DNA of 64,000 bases, from assembly GCA_020891255.1 (NCBI GenBank), contig BQFW01000014.1, positions 1,302,001 through 1,366,000 of the forward strand, written 5' to 3'. Position 1 is the first letter of the stretch. Every line of letters starts with the position of its first letter. Of the stretch, positions 47,888 to 61,896 are shown piece by piece. Position numbers and translations under genes: made by a program. Origin of the DNA: Entomortierella parvispora E1425 (Eukaryota > Fungi > Mortierellomycota). The notes beneath the pieces are model-generated. The model was not told where the DNA came from and did not search any database. It saw only the letters and a list, made by a program, of their open reading frames with translations.

Positions 47888-50328
47888 TTAGCTTTGCTGC
47901 GTGAATGCCAACTCTTGTTCTTCTTGTTCTTCATGTTCTTCTTCTTCTTCTTCCTCCCCGAGGCCAAAGATCAGCGGGCTGCCCTCTAAACTGGACGGTG
48001 CAGCTGCATTCCTCTCGTCGCCCTTGGATGAGTCGTTGATCCCTGCCCCTCTAGCCTCGGCCTGCTCAACACGCAATTCTGTTGGTGGCCGCTCAGTTTT
48101 CATGGCTGACCGACCGGTCTTTTTCCGCCGGTACTCATGAAGCGACATCCGATCCGCACCGTCTCGTCTGTGGTTAGACGCCGTTGCCAGTGCCATGTCC
48201 GCAATCTCCTTTGCTGCCAATCGCGCACTCTTCTTCATCTCTCGCAACTTCATAAAATGATAGAACCCAATTCCGGTCAGAGTGACAAAGAGACCCAGGA
48301 TATTGACGACAGTGAGGTGGTCGTGGAACACCAGCGAAGACACTACGATGGTGATGACCTCCTAAAAATATTCAAGCCAAGAATTATATTCCACACCGTT
48401 AACAACACCAATCCAAGGCAAATTCTCAATCTGATATCGAGCAATCACATCCAACTCTGTACCTTGATGATTCCTAGGACAGATAGGGACACGACACTGG
48501 TCCTGGCAATCAAATTAAACTCGGCGAGGACCATGGCAAACGCAATGATGCCTCCGAAAAACAACAAGCCCAGAGTGCCTATTGCCGTACCAAATGAACT
48601 GAAGAAATCTGAACTGAAAATCGTTCTGTATCCTTCAAAGATTCCAGCGACCACGCAAAGACATATACCCATAATAGGCGACAAGAAAAAGATGGTCGAG
48701 ATGGGGTTCGCCAAACTTCCAGCCTTGGTATCTGTCCGTTCCAAAAGCAACTGGGTCAAGGACCATCTCAATCCTCCCAAGACTGACGCCAGCATCACCT
48801 GAATAAACCTAAGATTCGATACAAAAGCAAGGTCCATGTAAGCGCGCCGATCTACTCTGCGGACGAAAATCCTGTGCTATCCAAAGTGCTTACCCGATGA
48901 GTACAAAGTCAACTTCTGACATCACCATCATGAACAAGCCCACGCAAATGACGCCAATAACTCCTGCCAATGTCCAGGTAGGGCGCTCCAACTTGAAAAT
49001 AAACGCAAACATGAGCACAAAGGCAAGAGACGATGACTTGCACATAGCTACAGTACACAATAGAAAGAGTCGCGATGAACACTCTGTCTCATTACATACA
49101 CCATTTGTTCCTGCTGATAGCTTTGCTCTTACTGTAAAACGCCAGCGTGATTGTCTTTAGACTACTGTTGCTGAGTCCGACGTCCAGGCCTGAAGCAACA
49201 GCGCAAGGCATGATCTTTGTGCTATAAAGAAGGCCATTCGAATGTTAATCGCCTTGGTCTACTACTTATGGACCACACTCATGCTGGTGCTCGTCGTGAA
49301 TATTTCCTGCGATGGGCCGCTGCCCAAGCATTTTGACTCACCCAAAATCCTTTGCGGATGGGGCAGCCTTGGGCCGCAGACTTGGCAAAAGAGCAAGGGT
49401 GAGGGACGAGAGCGCGAACTGGGCGACCATGTGTAAGCATGTCGTGAACAGAGGGAAGCGAAAGTTGTAGTGGTTCGGAGAAAAGAGCCACTTGTTGTAA
49501 AAGGAGAGGGACGTCGAGCAGCCATACCTACACGTATTTTTATCAAGTATTCATAACAATTAGACAACGAAAACGACGTCGCGGAAAGCAATTGCAGGAT
49601 GGTTCAAGGCTGTTTTCACCCAGGGAACACAGCATGCAAAGGGCATCCACTTACCAGGCGCAGACGTAAAAGATGTTCCAGCACATGTTGACCCTCAGCT
49701 GTCTCTTTGCAATCATCTTTTCCTGCTCCGTCAGGGGTTCACCTGGATCATGGCCCGGCGTGCTGGATGCGTGGCGACGGCCGCGACGTTCGCGCCGTTT
49801 CGATCTGACAACACCTCGTTGGTTCCTAGGGTCATCTTCCATCATCCCCGAGTGCATTATTGACCTGCCACGGTCTGTCCGTGCGCTGTCAACCGTTGTC
49901 ATCGGAAGGGCGTCATAGTCTGGATCGTCCTGGCGGTGGGCCTGGGCAAAGTCCAGGCCGATGGTCGTGCCTGTGCCCGTCTCGCCCACACGCATGCCCA
50001 TGCCCATCCCACCCATCCTAGTGTTGCTGGAGGTCGCCAATAGTCTCTGGGTATCTTGCTCCTCGTAGCTGTCGTCGTAGTCGTCATCGTTACCCTCGTC
50101 CGAATCGTAATCGCTGTAGGGCTGGTCGTAGTCAGAGTTGTTCTGCTCTAGGTCATCGCCCGGGGTCTCCCATTCGATGCCATCGTTGCTGCTATGGCTC
50201 TCTGAGCTCGAGATGCTCGCGTCCCGATGGTGCCTGTTCTTGCGGCCTGTTTCCCGAAACACCCTGTCAGGGGTTTCCTGCTGGTCAGGCTCGTTCTGCC
50301 ATGATGAGCCCTGAAAGGACTCTGACAT
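47888..50328 (-). CDS. Triose-phosphate transporter family / nucleotide-sugar transporter (SLC35C2/YMD8-like)
   Basis: Acidic N-terminus, WNIFYVCAW, FPLFTT..H, ASVLGGLRWSLTQLLL, NPISTIFFLSPIM, AEFNLIARTSVVSLSVLGIIKE, multiple TMs. Confidence 0.88.
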
Positions 50329-50628
50329 GATGTTGGTTGGATGGGGATGGGGATGTATCTACAGACGGGCTGTCGCCATATGGAATGAGGCGCGGTGGGA
50401 ATGAGTAGTCGTGGCGCTGCCAACTGCAGGTGGAATGAAAAGAAGGAAGCAAAGGAAGGGAAGAATGGAAGGAAGGACGATGGAGCATCTGTCGGAAGCT
50501 CACACTTGCAGGAGAAAAGAAGGAAAAAAAAAAAAAAAAAGGGACTACTGGCACTGCAATGAATATTTTTTAATGAAGGGGTTGGACAAATTCAAAAAAA
50601 ATAGGCGAGTTTTTTATTCTCGCCTCAT

Positions 50629-52178
50629 CTAGAACTTGAAGACGTTGTCGTTCGTCAGTCCAAGCTCGAGGAGCGCACCGCCGACATCGCCCTGGGTGAA
50701 GTTAGGGCCCTTGGGTCCACTGACAAACTTCATCATGGCTATATTGGAGAAACAAAAAAGGGTCGCAACAGAAAAACAAGGATTAGGAAAAGGGTGCTCC
50801 TTCAAAAATGCACTGCATGCATTCCAGAACTCTGTCATGGTGCAGACGGCCATGAACAGGGACTTACGGGGAGGTCCGCAGACAAGCACCTTGCTGTTGC
50901 CCTGGCCAATCTCGGGCATGCACTTCTTGATCAGCTCGGCAGTGACATAGCCGGTGGGTCCCTTCCAGCCTTCGACAGCCTTGTCGACAACATAGGTGAC
51001 CTTGAAGCGATCAGGGTGCGCCTTGGCAAAGGCATCCAACTCATCCTTCAGAATAATATCCTCGGGAGTAACATTGGCAAAAATGAGGTTGATCTTGGTC
51101 TTGTCAGTCTTGCTCCTGAGAAGTTCGCCAACAATCTGGAACATGGGCGTAATACCAGAGCCTCCGGCGATCAAGTTCACAGACTCGTGCTGGTTGGACT
51201 TGAGAGGGTACTTTGAAATGGGACCTGTTGAATTTCAGCGGGATGTCAGTTACTCTGTCCAATTGATTCCTGCTGCGCTCCTAATATTCTCAATCTCTCA
51301 ATAATAACGAGAAAAGGATAGTAAGTAGTAACTCACCCTTCACGGAGAGAGTATCGCCAGGCTGCATGCTGTGGATGTGCGACGACATGGGGCCATCTAT
51401 TCATTCCGCAAGGGAAACAAAGACGCGTTCGTTACTTGAAAGAATGCTAGACCGGAAAGATGATTTCCCGTGTATTGCGCCAAACCAATATCAGATAGCG
51501 CCGTGGGAACACAAAACATACCCTCGTAATGCTTGATGACAAAGTCAAAGGAACCAGTTCGGTCAGAAGCAGACGTGGGAGTGTAAGGACGGATCACAGG
51601 CTTGCCGTCTTCCTTGACAAACTTGGTAATAACGCACGAAGCAACGTCCAACCCCAGGTTTTGACCCTTCTCCAGCTCAAAAGTGAAGCGGCTGGTGTTG
51701 GGCGTCAACTTTTGAACAGACTTCAGCTTGAAATCAACGAACGCGTTAGGATCTAAAGCCGCGGTAACTGCCTCCTTGGGAGCGGTGGCAGCAGCAACAG
51801 TCTCCTTGGGGGTGGCAGATGCACCACCCAGCTTGTCGCCGTAGTATGCATAGGCAGCTGTGTAAGGATACAAATGTGAGAAATAATCTTCCCACAGTTT
51901 TCGTGCGATTGTTTTTTAAGAAAACAGAGGCCCTACCGGCAGCAGAGATGCCCAATGGCAATCCAATGGTCAAGAGCTTGTTGCTTCCACCCGAAGGCTT
52001 GCTGGAGGTAGAGTATGCGTGTCTCTATTGTGGCAAGTATGAGTTTTAGTGGATTGTGCTCATTTGTCTTAATCAACAATGACAAGTCGAATGAGCCGAA
52101 GGAAGGTGAAAGAATAGCACTTACAGGGGCAGCAATGGAGCGGACACTGGCTCTGATAGGGTTGATTAAGCGGAACAT
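50629..52178 (-). CDS. MCR1: Mitochondrial NADH-cytochrome b5 reductase
   Basis: Mitochondrial leader MFRLINPIRASVRS, TM anchor, RPYTP, FVIKHYE, KGPISK, IAGGSGITPMFQI, VCGPP. Confidence 0.93.
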
Positions 52179-52679
52179 GATGTAAAATGGAACAAAGTGG
52201 AAAGAATAGAAAGAAATGAAGAAGTAAAGATGCAAAGATGCAAGAAAAGTGGACCAAAAAGTTGAGATACGGACGTCACCTTCAGAATTTTAGCATGCTC
52301 CGCCTCTTCGTTACGCGTTCACTCTTCCATTATTCTAGTCTCCTCTCTCCTCTCCTTCTTCACGCACACACCTCATATGTACTCTCTATCTTCTTTTCTT
52401 TTTACCTCATTATCTGATCTTTCCCTCTTTCATTCACTCTCTAATCTCCTCTACGCACGCTCTATTTGTCACAAGTCGCGTCGGCACGGCACGTACTCGA
52501 AAAGAACAGGATGATCGACATGGGCCCCCATGGCACAGTACACTCCTTCGATAAAAAGAAACACACTCCTGTCACCAGCATATCCTCGATCGGCCTCCCT
52601 TCGGGTGTTTTCGCTGTTTGTTGGAACAACTGGCGAAAAACAAAAAAACAAAAGATCATATCGCCGAAGCCATATTAAC

Positions 52680-52752
52680 AGCCCAACGTGGGGGTCGAAC
52701 CCACAACCTTCAGATTAGAAGTCTGATGCTCTACCGATTGAGCTAGCCGGGC
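52680..52752 (-). tRNA. tRNA with anticodon TCT (Arg) in a tRNA-Lys-like body
   Basis: GCCCGGCTAGCTCAATCGGTAGAGCATCAGACTTCTAATCTGAAGGTTGTGGGTTCGACCCCCACGTTGGGCT: full cloverleaf, 73 nt, no intron, anticodon loop CTTCTAA, oligo-T about 30 nt downstream. Confidence 0.95.
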
Positions 52753-52904
52753 AAGAGATATTTTTGTCAAAGTCTCAAACCTTCATAAATCTGACTTGCG
52801 ATTTCTTAAGGGTTTGTAAATATTGGTGGCGTTTGATTAAGGGTTTGCAATTTGCAAAGTTCTGGTTCAAAGCCTCATTTTGTAAACAATTGAAGATCAG
52901 TTAA

Positions 52905-52985
52905 GTCAGCTTGGCCGAGTGGTTAAGGCGTATGACTTGAAATCATATGGGAATTCCCGCGCAGGTTCAAACCCTGCAGCTGACG
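52905..52985 (+). tRNA. tRNA-Ser(UGA)
   Basis: GTCAGCT/AGCTGAC acceptor stem, TATGA-CTTGAAA-TCATA anticodon arm, long variable arm, G73, T-run terminator from about 52992. Confidence 0.95.
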
Positions 52986-53728
52986 ATTATCTTTTTTTTT
53001 TTTTTTTGGATAGAACTCAAACATCGGTGAGAAGAGTCCCAACTACACCAGAGGAGAGGATGGACTACGATGTTGGGAAAACGGCAATGAAGGTAGGTCG
53101 AGAGCTATGAAAGTATTGGCGGTCAAGAACTTTTTAGTAACTTCTAGCTTCGCCTGAGCTACATGCAAAAAAAAAAAAAAAGAAGATAGAGCATGCAAAG
53201 CACGCTCATTGGCACGCGACACTTGTATGTCTTTGCAGTAGCTTTATCCAGCTTCATCCTATCGGTCAGTTACTCGAGAATGGTCGTACATATTATTCCA
53301 CCGACTGTCCCCGTGTGGGGATGTGCGACAGACATTGTTCCAAGACACCGACCCAGCGGATGAGCTCTTGTGCAACTGAAGCAGCTTTCACCGTTCACCG
53401 TAAAAAATGGCGATTTTGTGGCGTCAAAGTTCACGAGAGACCGGCGACACTATCACAGTGCAAAAGATGCATATTTCTGGGAAGCCTGAGGCATTTCGAC
53501 TTCTGCAGTTGGACATGACCCCACCAATTCACCAATTGCTGGGGGGAAAACAAGTGAGCTGAATGACAACATGGATATCTACAACGATAAGTTGGAGTCA
53601 AAGGCCATAGACTTGATAAAATGAGAAGAATACGCAGGAGAGACGATTCGCTGATGACTCGACGGGATAATTTTAGATCAAGTAGATATGTTAAGCACTA
53701 GTCCTGGTATAGGCTATTAGTATTGGAT

Positions 53729-54687
53729 TCATCTAAACCCTTGAATGATTTTTCCGACTCTTGATCGAGTTGTCGGCGGCCCTCCGCCATTGCCAGCTAA
53801 AGAGCCTCTTCTACTTTTACTCAACTCAGACCCTTCAAGTGACATGCCCGCGACTGACCCTGGCCGCCTACGTTTTAGAGACCGCTGCTTGTGCCAATCG
53901 ATAATAGCAGCTAGAGCGTAGGTAAGCGCACTTGACACGAGACAGACCCCGCCCGAGTAATTGGGGGCGCGTAAAAAACAAGGAACCGCAGCTACAAGAT
54001 ATAAGCACGACCGGGCCGAATGAGGTCGCAGGGCTGCTGAAGGTGAAAAGGACACAGGTAGAAAAGACCCTACGACAGAAGATGTCGAAGAGCCAGAGTG
54101 CACAAACAGCTTTTGCTCGATCATGTAAACTATCAGGCCAAGGATACTAGAAAAAGGAGCAATTGAAAGTTGGTCAGAATCCAGAGCACGTCAAACTCCA
54201 GAACTTGAGAGAAAAAAGGAGATTGTGAGAGTAATACTTGCATCGAATAGGCACCAGTTGATCCATCTGGGAACAAGGCGCAAATAGCGCCTCCAAGGAC
54301 CAGAACTGAGTATTGACATGGATTGAGGGTTGGGTTAGATGAAAAATAATCGAACAGGGAATTTAAAGAGCCGCTGCTTTTGGTTGTCCTACGGTATGCA
54401 GATCCGGTGGCCTGTGCGCGCGCCCAAGCTGCAAAAGCTGAGGACGTTGATGATGACAATGAAGACCTTGGGGTCCTACGTGGTCTTGAACGACTGGCAC
54501 AGCCCTGGGGTTTCTGCTGTCGCTGCTCCTGTTCCATTTGCTGCTGCTCTAGAAATCGCTGTTCTTGATGTTTTAACGCCAGTTGCTCTAGAGCGTCCAG
54601 GTACTGCTCAATTTCGAACCCGTCTTTGCTCTCAGCGTCATAATGTTCCACCTGATGGTCATTTGATTGGGGCGTAGTAACGTTCAT
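53729..54687 (-). CDS. CYBA: p22phox / cytochrome b558 alpha (NADPH oxidase subunit) homolog, 3 exons, 258 aa
   Basis: Exons 54687-54393, 54305-54242 (GC-AG intron 54241-54147), 54146-53729. Spliced FAAWARAQATGSAYLLVLGGAICALFPDGSTGAYSIILGLIVYMIE aligns with human [85 protein letters not shown] aligns with [37 protein letters not shown]. Confidence 0.85.
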
Positions 54688-54898
54688 TGCTTTAAAATGA
54701 GAATGGAAAAGGAATTACATGCAAAGTTCATCTTGATGCGGGCTGGACTTTAGAGCACCTCCTTGAACAAGGGGGTTCTTTCATATCAAATCGTGAACAC
54801 GCCACCAGAGGGCGGCGGTATGGGAGGAAGGGAGAGAGGGGGAGAAAGGGAGGTAATATCTGGAAGTTTATGTAAAATCAAGCTGTGGTAGAAAATCT

Positions 54899-55771
54899 TC
54901 AAAGGTATCTCTTTGCACTCGCCCTGACTTTGTTGTCGAATGTCGTTGATCCAATAATCGAGTTTGGTTTGTAGAACGGGTTAAGAAGTGTCTGTTTTAA
55001 ATGTAAATAGAACAAGGTGAACAGTCAGTTGCATGGTCATTATTGGTCATTATTCGAGTGTTTATCGTTCCAAGTTTTCCACTGCGGCGGTAAACTACCT
55101 TGATATAGAGCTCATAACACTCGTTAAAGAAGTTCCGAATGGCATCCTCGCTCTTGGCATCATGCAGTAGAAGAAGCTTGATGTTGCCTGCCGTCAAGTA
55201 CGCAGAAATAAACCTCTCGTTGAACTTGTCAACAGACTTCAGGTACCTGTAGCATCGCCGCAAAACCAAAGCCATAGACAGAATGTTAGAAGGCCGTAAA
55301 GAAAAAGAGTACAGGCTTGACAGGTATATCAACATACATTTGGTTCGTGCTCCATTGGATATCCTCGACCATGTCCAGTGCAGAGTGGGCGATAAACTGA
55401 TTCAGATGGCGAAATTCCTCTTTCTATCATCATAAACAAGAACGGGGGCGAATGGTTTTTAGTTAGAGGCACAAGGTACCAGCGAAACATGCTGGTCATC
55501 TCGTCATGTTCCATTTGTCCTTAAAGAGTGAAGTCCGACTCATCCGGGAGACAAATCCCTTCCAGAAAAACCATTCCTATACCTTGGCTTCCGGGATGGT
55601 GGCGCCACCAGATGTTGATCTTGCAGTGTTCACAGAAACAAACTCGGCCTCATAGATGGGATTGTCTTTGGTGCCAATCATGACAAAGTAGCAAGTAGGC
55701 ATGCCGCCATAGCCCAAAGGTGTTCCAATGCCAGAGCCTCCGCTGCTTGTTGATGAGTGAGTCGTGTTCAT
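54899..55771 (-). CDS. TRS20: TRAPP subunit sedlin (TRAPPC2)
   Basis: YFVMIGTKDNPIYEAEF, LNQFIAHSALDMVED, YLKSVDKFNERFISAYLTAGNIKLLLLHD, LLNPFY. Confidence 0.95.
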
Positions 55772-56347
55772 TGTTTTCCGGTTGTCCTGGAGGGTATGTG
55801 CAAAGTTGAAAGTAGATTCGCGAGACTGATGAAGCATGCATGCATTCACCGCGAAGAAAAAAGCTGTGATGACCCCTTAAAGAAACAGGGGAAGGGGTTG
55901 CCACCAAAACTCCATTTCATTTTTTTTTTTAATTTTTTTTTTTATTATTCTTTATTCTGGAAGTCTCAACAATGGCATTCAGAAGGGATTACAATCCTCT
56001 TGGCTTTGGATGGGCCAATATGCAATCGGAAACAAGGTAAGAACGAAAAGAAATATAAAATAACAAAATATTTTTGAAGATATTTTTTTTGAAGGGGGGG
56101 TTTTGTTTTACTTGTCGATCAATCGACCGTTCGTCTGGGCTTCCAGATCGGTACGAAACAATTGGGTGAGGTTCGGCAAGGCTCGCTTTCAATGAAAGAC
56201 AGGTACGTAACACGATGGCACAATGGAAGAGAAAAAGAATCTCTGGCTGATCGAGGGTGTACTTGGGGCGGATGTAAAGACGGATAGGGAGGGGTTGTTT
56301 TTCTTTTTTCTTGGATTCACAAACGGACAGGGATGGATGGCAGACTT

Positions 56348-56731
56348 TCAGTCATGGAGGACCAAAGGCTGACGGCGGACGGCGCTCCGACTCGCAGGCA
56401 GACAACGGATGCTAGTGGTAGCAGCAGGGATGGGCGTGTAGGCGTTCTTGCTGATTCCACCGCGGCTCGACATGGTAGAGGGCACCAGAGTCGAGGACTT
56501 GAACATGCTTGGGTAGGTCACCGTCATGGGCGAATGAGCAAACCTCTTCATCGAAGAAGAAGCAGCAGGGGTCAACGCCGAGGCCGAGATCGAGGGGGAG
56601 GATGAGACGGCAGACAAGGGCTTGTTGGCAAGCGACATGAGCTTGTCCATCTTGGAGCACTCCTTGGAGCAGTAAGCAGCGCCGAGATCCATGACGTGCT
56701 TCTCGCAGAAAAGGCACCAATCAGAGTCCAT
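56348..56731 (-). CDS. Ecl1-like (extender of chronological lifespan) zinc-binding protein
   Basis: MDSDWCLFCEKHVMDLGAAYCSKECSKMD four-Cys N-terminal motif followed by an S-rich tail. Confidence 0.8.
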   Translation of the reverse strand: MDSDWCLFCEKHVMDLGAAYCSKECSKMDKLMSLANKPLSAVSSSPSISASALTPAASSSMKRFAHSPMTVTYPSMFKSSTLVPSTMSSRGGISKNAYTPIPAATTSIRCLPASRSAVRRQPLVLHD

Positions 56732-57251
56732 TTTGAAGTGTGAGTGAAGAATGAAAAGAAAAAGAGGGGATTGTGGGGGAGTTTTTTTCAAGAGTTGTTG
56801 TTTTGAAGTAAGAAAACAGAGAAAAGGAAGTCAAGACAGGGATCAATCAAGGAGCAGAGATCACTGAAATGGGGTGTGAAAAAAGAAGAGGAAAGGAGAA
56901 AGATCAAACGATCACTGCGGCGCTGCTTTTATCTTCTGCCCAATGTGCTTTGCCACCTTTTTTTTTTTTTTTTTTTTTCGAAATTTCAGATCACGTGCTG
57001 AGTCATCGACATCGATTTGTAATATGGAATAAAAAATTGGTATAAATTTATATGCAGGGTATTGAGGTAGATTCTAAAAAATACACATCTGAACATTGCA
57101 GTCCTTTGACCAGGAACACTGAAGAGAGTAAGGGAATGGTGGTGTGTCCATGCTAGAAGCAATCGTAAAATCGATTGAGATATCGATCGACAGGTCATCA
57201 AAAAAAAAGAGAAGGGACTGGTTCCAGGAGACACTTCACTTTTTTGCCGCG

Positions 57252-58066
57252 TTAGAGTAGAGAGAAAAAGTACAACATCTTTTTGGTATCCTCTGTCCCA
57301 TCCTCGAGTACAAATTCTGACCGCGGCAATCCTATTTCCCTGCCTGCATAAAGCTGTCTTTTACGCAGTGCAACTTTGGCCGTCAACTGGACTCCCGATC
57401 CATTGTGGCCCTGTTCAGTAGGTGTGGTTGTCCTTTGCACAATTTCGACGGGTACCATTTCCGAAAGGATTCCTTCGCAACGTTGTGAGCTAAGGGGATG
57501 CGAGATACCGTATAGAAGATGTTCAGTTCATAGTTGCACTCGTTCACACAGTCAACAAACATGCATGGAGAAAAACAGTGCACAGGCGATGAACATACAT
57601 GTCAACTGAGCCCTGGCATGGCTGTGTCGTGCTGCCGTACACATGAAAGACGTACTTGCCCGCAGGCACGTTGTCGGGGATTCTAAACTCTGTGGCCACC
57701 GACATTTTTTCTGGTGGCGAGAGGAGTCAATCCAGTTAAATTTGCCATCCACAGAGTTCTCTAAAAGTACAAGCGGTTCAGGTGCATTCCAATGTTACCT
57801 TGCCACTGCTGGCGGGACGTTGCTGAAATTGCTCCCATTCCAGCATCAAAGCCATCTTCTGTCATCAGGTGTACCTTGGCCCACTCGAGCTTGGCCATGC
57901 CGTTATGGTGAACCTTGTAGTGGATAGGGACCAGGTCCCCTTGCGCGAACTTTGTGTTAGGCAAGGGGGTTGCAAACTCGAGAGAGTCCGCTTGCACGAC
58001 GCCTGCCCAAAGACTGAGGCCAAGAATCATCCCTAGAATGGCGCGCGATGTTTGAACTGGAGTCAT
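57252..58066 (-). CDS. Small secreted protein of unknown function, 3 exons
   Basis: Signal peptide MTPVQ...LSLWAGVVQA; spliced frame EKMSVATEFRIPDNVPAGKYVFHVYGSTTQPCQGSVDISQRCEGILSE; last exon matches ORF 57252-57458. Confidence 0.75.
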
Positions 58067-58378
58067 TTTTTCTGTTTTCGACGTAGGATTAGAGTGGGAA
58101 GGGTGCGTTAAGATCATAAGTGATTCTTGGAGAGTTGGACAGTGAGGGGAGCTTATTCGATGAAGAATGGAAGGCTGAAGAGTTAGGAGTGCGAAGAGTG
58201 GGGCGCCAGGTCCAGCACCGTCAATTTAAAGTAAAGCCAGACAGGGACCTTCCATGTTCCAAAAGCAACGGTGGCGCTGTGTCCTTTGTGTCCTCCTGGG
58301 CATGAGTGAGAATCGAGAATCAGTCCACCCTTGTGGATACAGTGGGATCTGGAAGAAAGACAAGAAGGAAGCAGAGGG

Positions 58379-58800
58379 ACGCGTCGACGGATGGAATGGA
58401 GGACGGGTCCCAGTCAGGGTCGCACACTCTCCAACAGCTTGGCTGGATAGGATGTGGATGTCAGTCAGGCAGTTTTGTTTGGACGAGGGAGTGCAACTCT
58501 CCAGGATGGGAACATGAGCGCACACACGTATTCACAAACGCACACAAGTGCAGCATGCAGCATGCAGACAACAAACACCGCTACTGCAGCAAGGGAGGGA
58601 GCGTCAAAAGAGGTCGTTCGTGTCCCTTTTTGCCACCAAACAACCATCGCGGGAAAAGCCAACCATGGCACGGACGGACAGACGGACAGACGGACAAGGG
58701 AAGGGGGTGCCAGGACAATACAATAATGAGCATGAGCAGACGCAACGAAGCGAAAAAAAAGAGAGAAAAAAAAAGAAAAAGCGAAAAGTGAACCGCGAAA
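58379..58800 (+). promoter_or_regulatory. MCB (ACGCGT, 58379-58384) and SCB-like (CGCGAAA, 58794-58800) motifs upstream of the checkpoint kinase
   Basis: Motif matches only; the context (G1/S-regulated checkpoint kinase family) is compatible. Confidence 0.35.
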
Positions 58801-59198
58801 AGGGTGACTGACCGCGACTCTCTTCCCGTCCCCCTTCTGTTCCTTTTCTACTCCTCCTTGTCTTTTCTTCGTCCCCCTTTTCCCTCGCCTGTTCTTTCTC
58901 TTTTCTGTTCTCTTTTCTGCTCTGCTCATTTCGGTCATCCCCTTCTCTTGTCTGTTCATCTCAACCCGATTTCTCTTTCTTCTCCCTCCCCCGGTCAACG
59001 GACAGTGCTTTGCCACCATCACGTCCCTGCCTCCCTTTCTTCCACTCTGCACAAGCTTCCGGTTTATCTCCAACTCGCCTGTTCATTCCTTTCCTTGCAT
59101 TTTGTTTCAATCCACCCCTTCCTCGAAACCACAAAGCTGCTCTCCCTTCGGTCTCGTCCCCCTCCCCTAGTCCGTCTCCCACGCGCATCGAGACCACA

Positions 59199-61751
<2,553 letters not shown>

Positions 61752-61896
61752 TACCTGACCAACCACTCAAACCATCGTTGAGAAATGAACTGAAATAAAA
61801 CGCCTCAATATCCCTCCATTGTCTTTTTGATTTTTGTTTTTATTCTTGGTTCCTGACCAAATTCGCAGTGAAGATTAGGTAGAGCGGCACAGCGGA

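Noticed and set aside
52680-52752. Genome-wide AGA-to-Lys codon reassignment
   Set aside because: AGA occupies conserved Arg positions in SED5 and the bHLH basic region within this window; only the odd tRNA itself is retained as a finding.
53060-53520. Mini-exon MDYDVGKTAMK with a GTAGGT donor and a Cys-rich downstream frame
   Set aside because: It can be spliced into a short ORF but has no recognisable homology; other frames are stop-ridden; likely chance.
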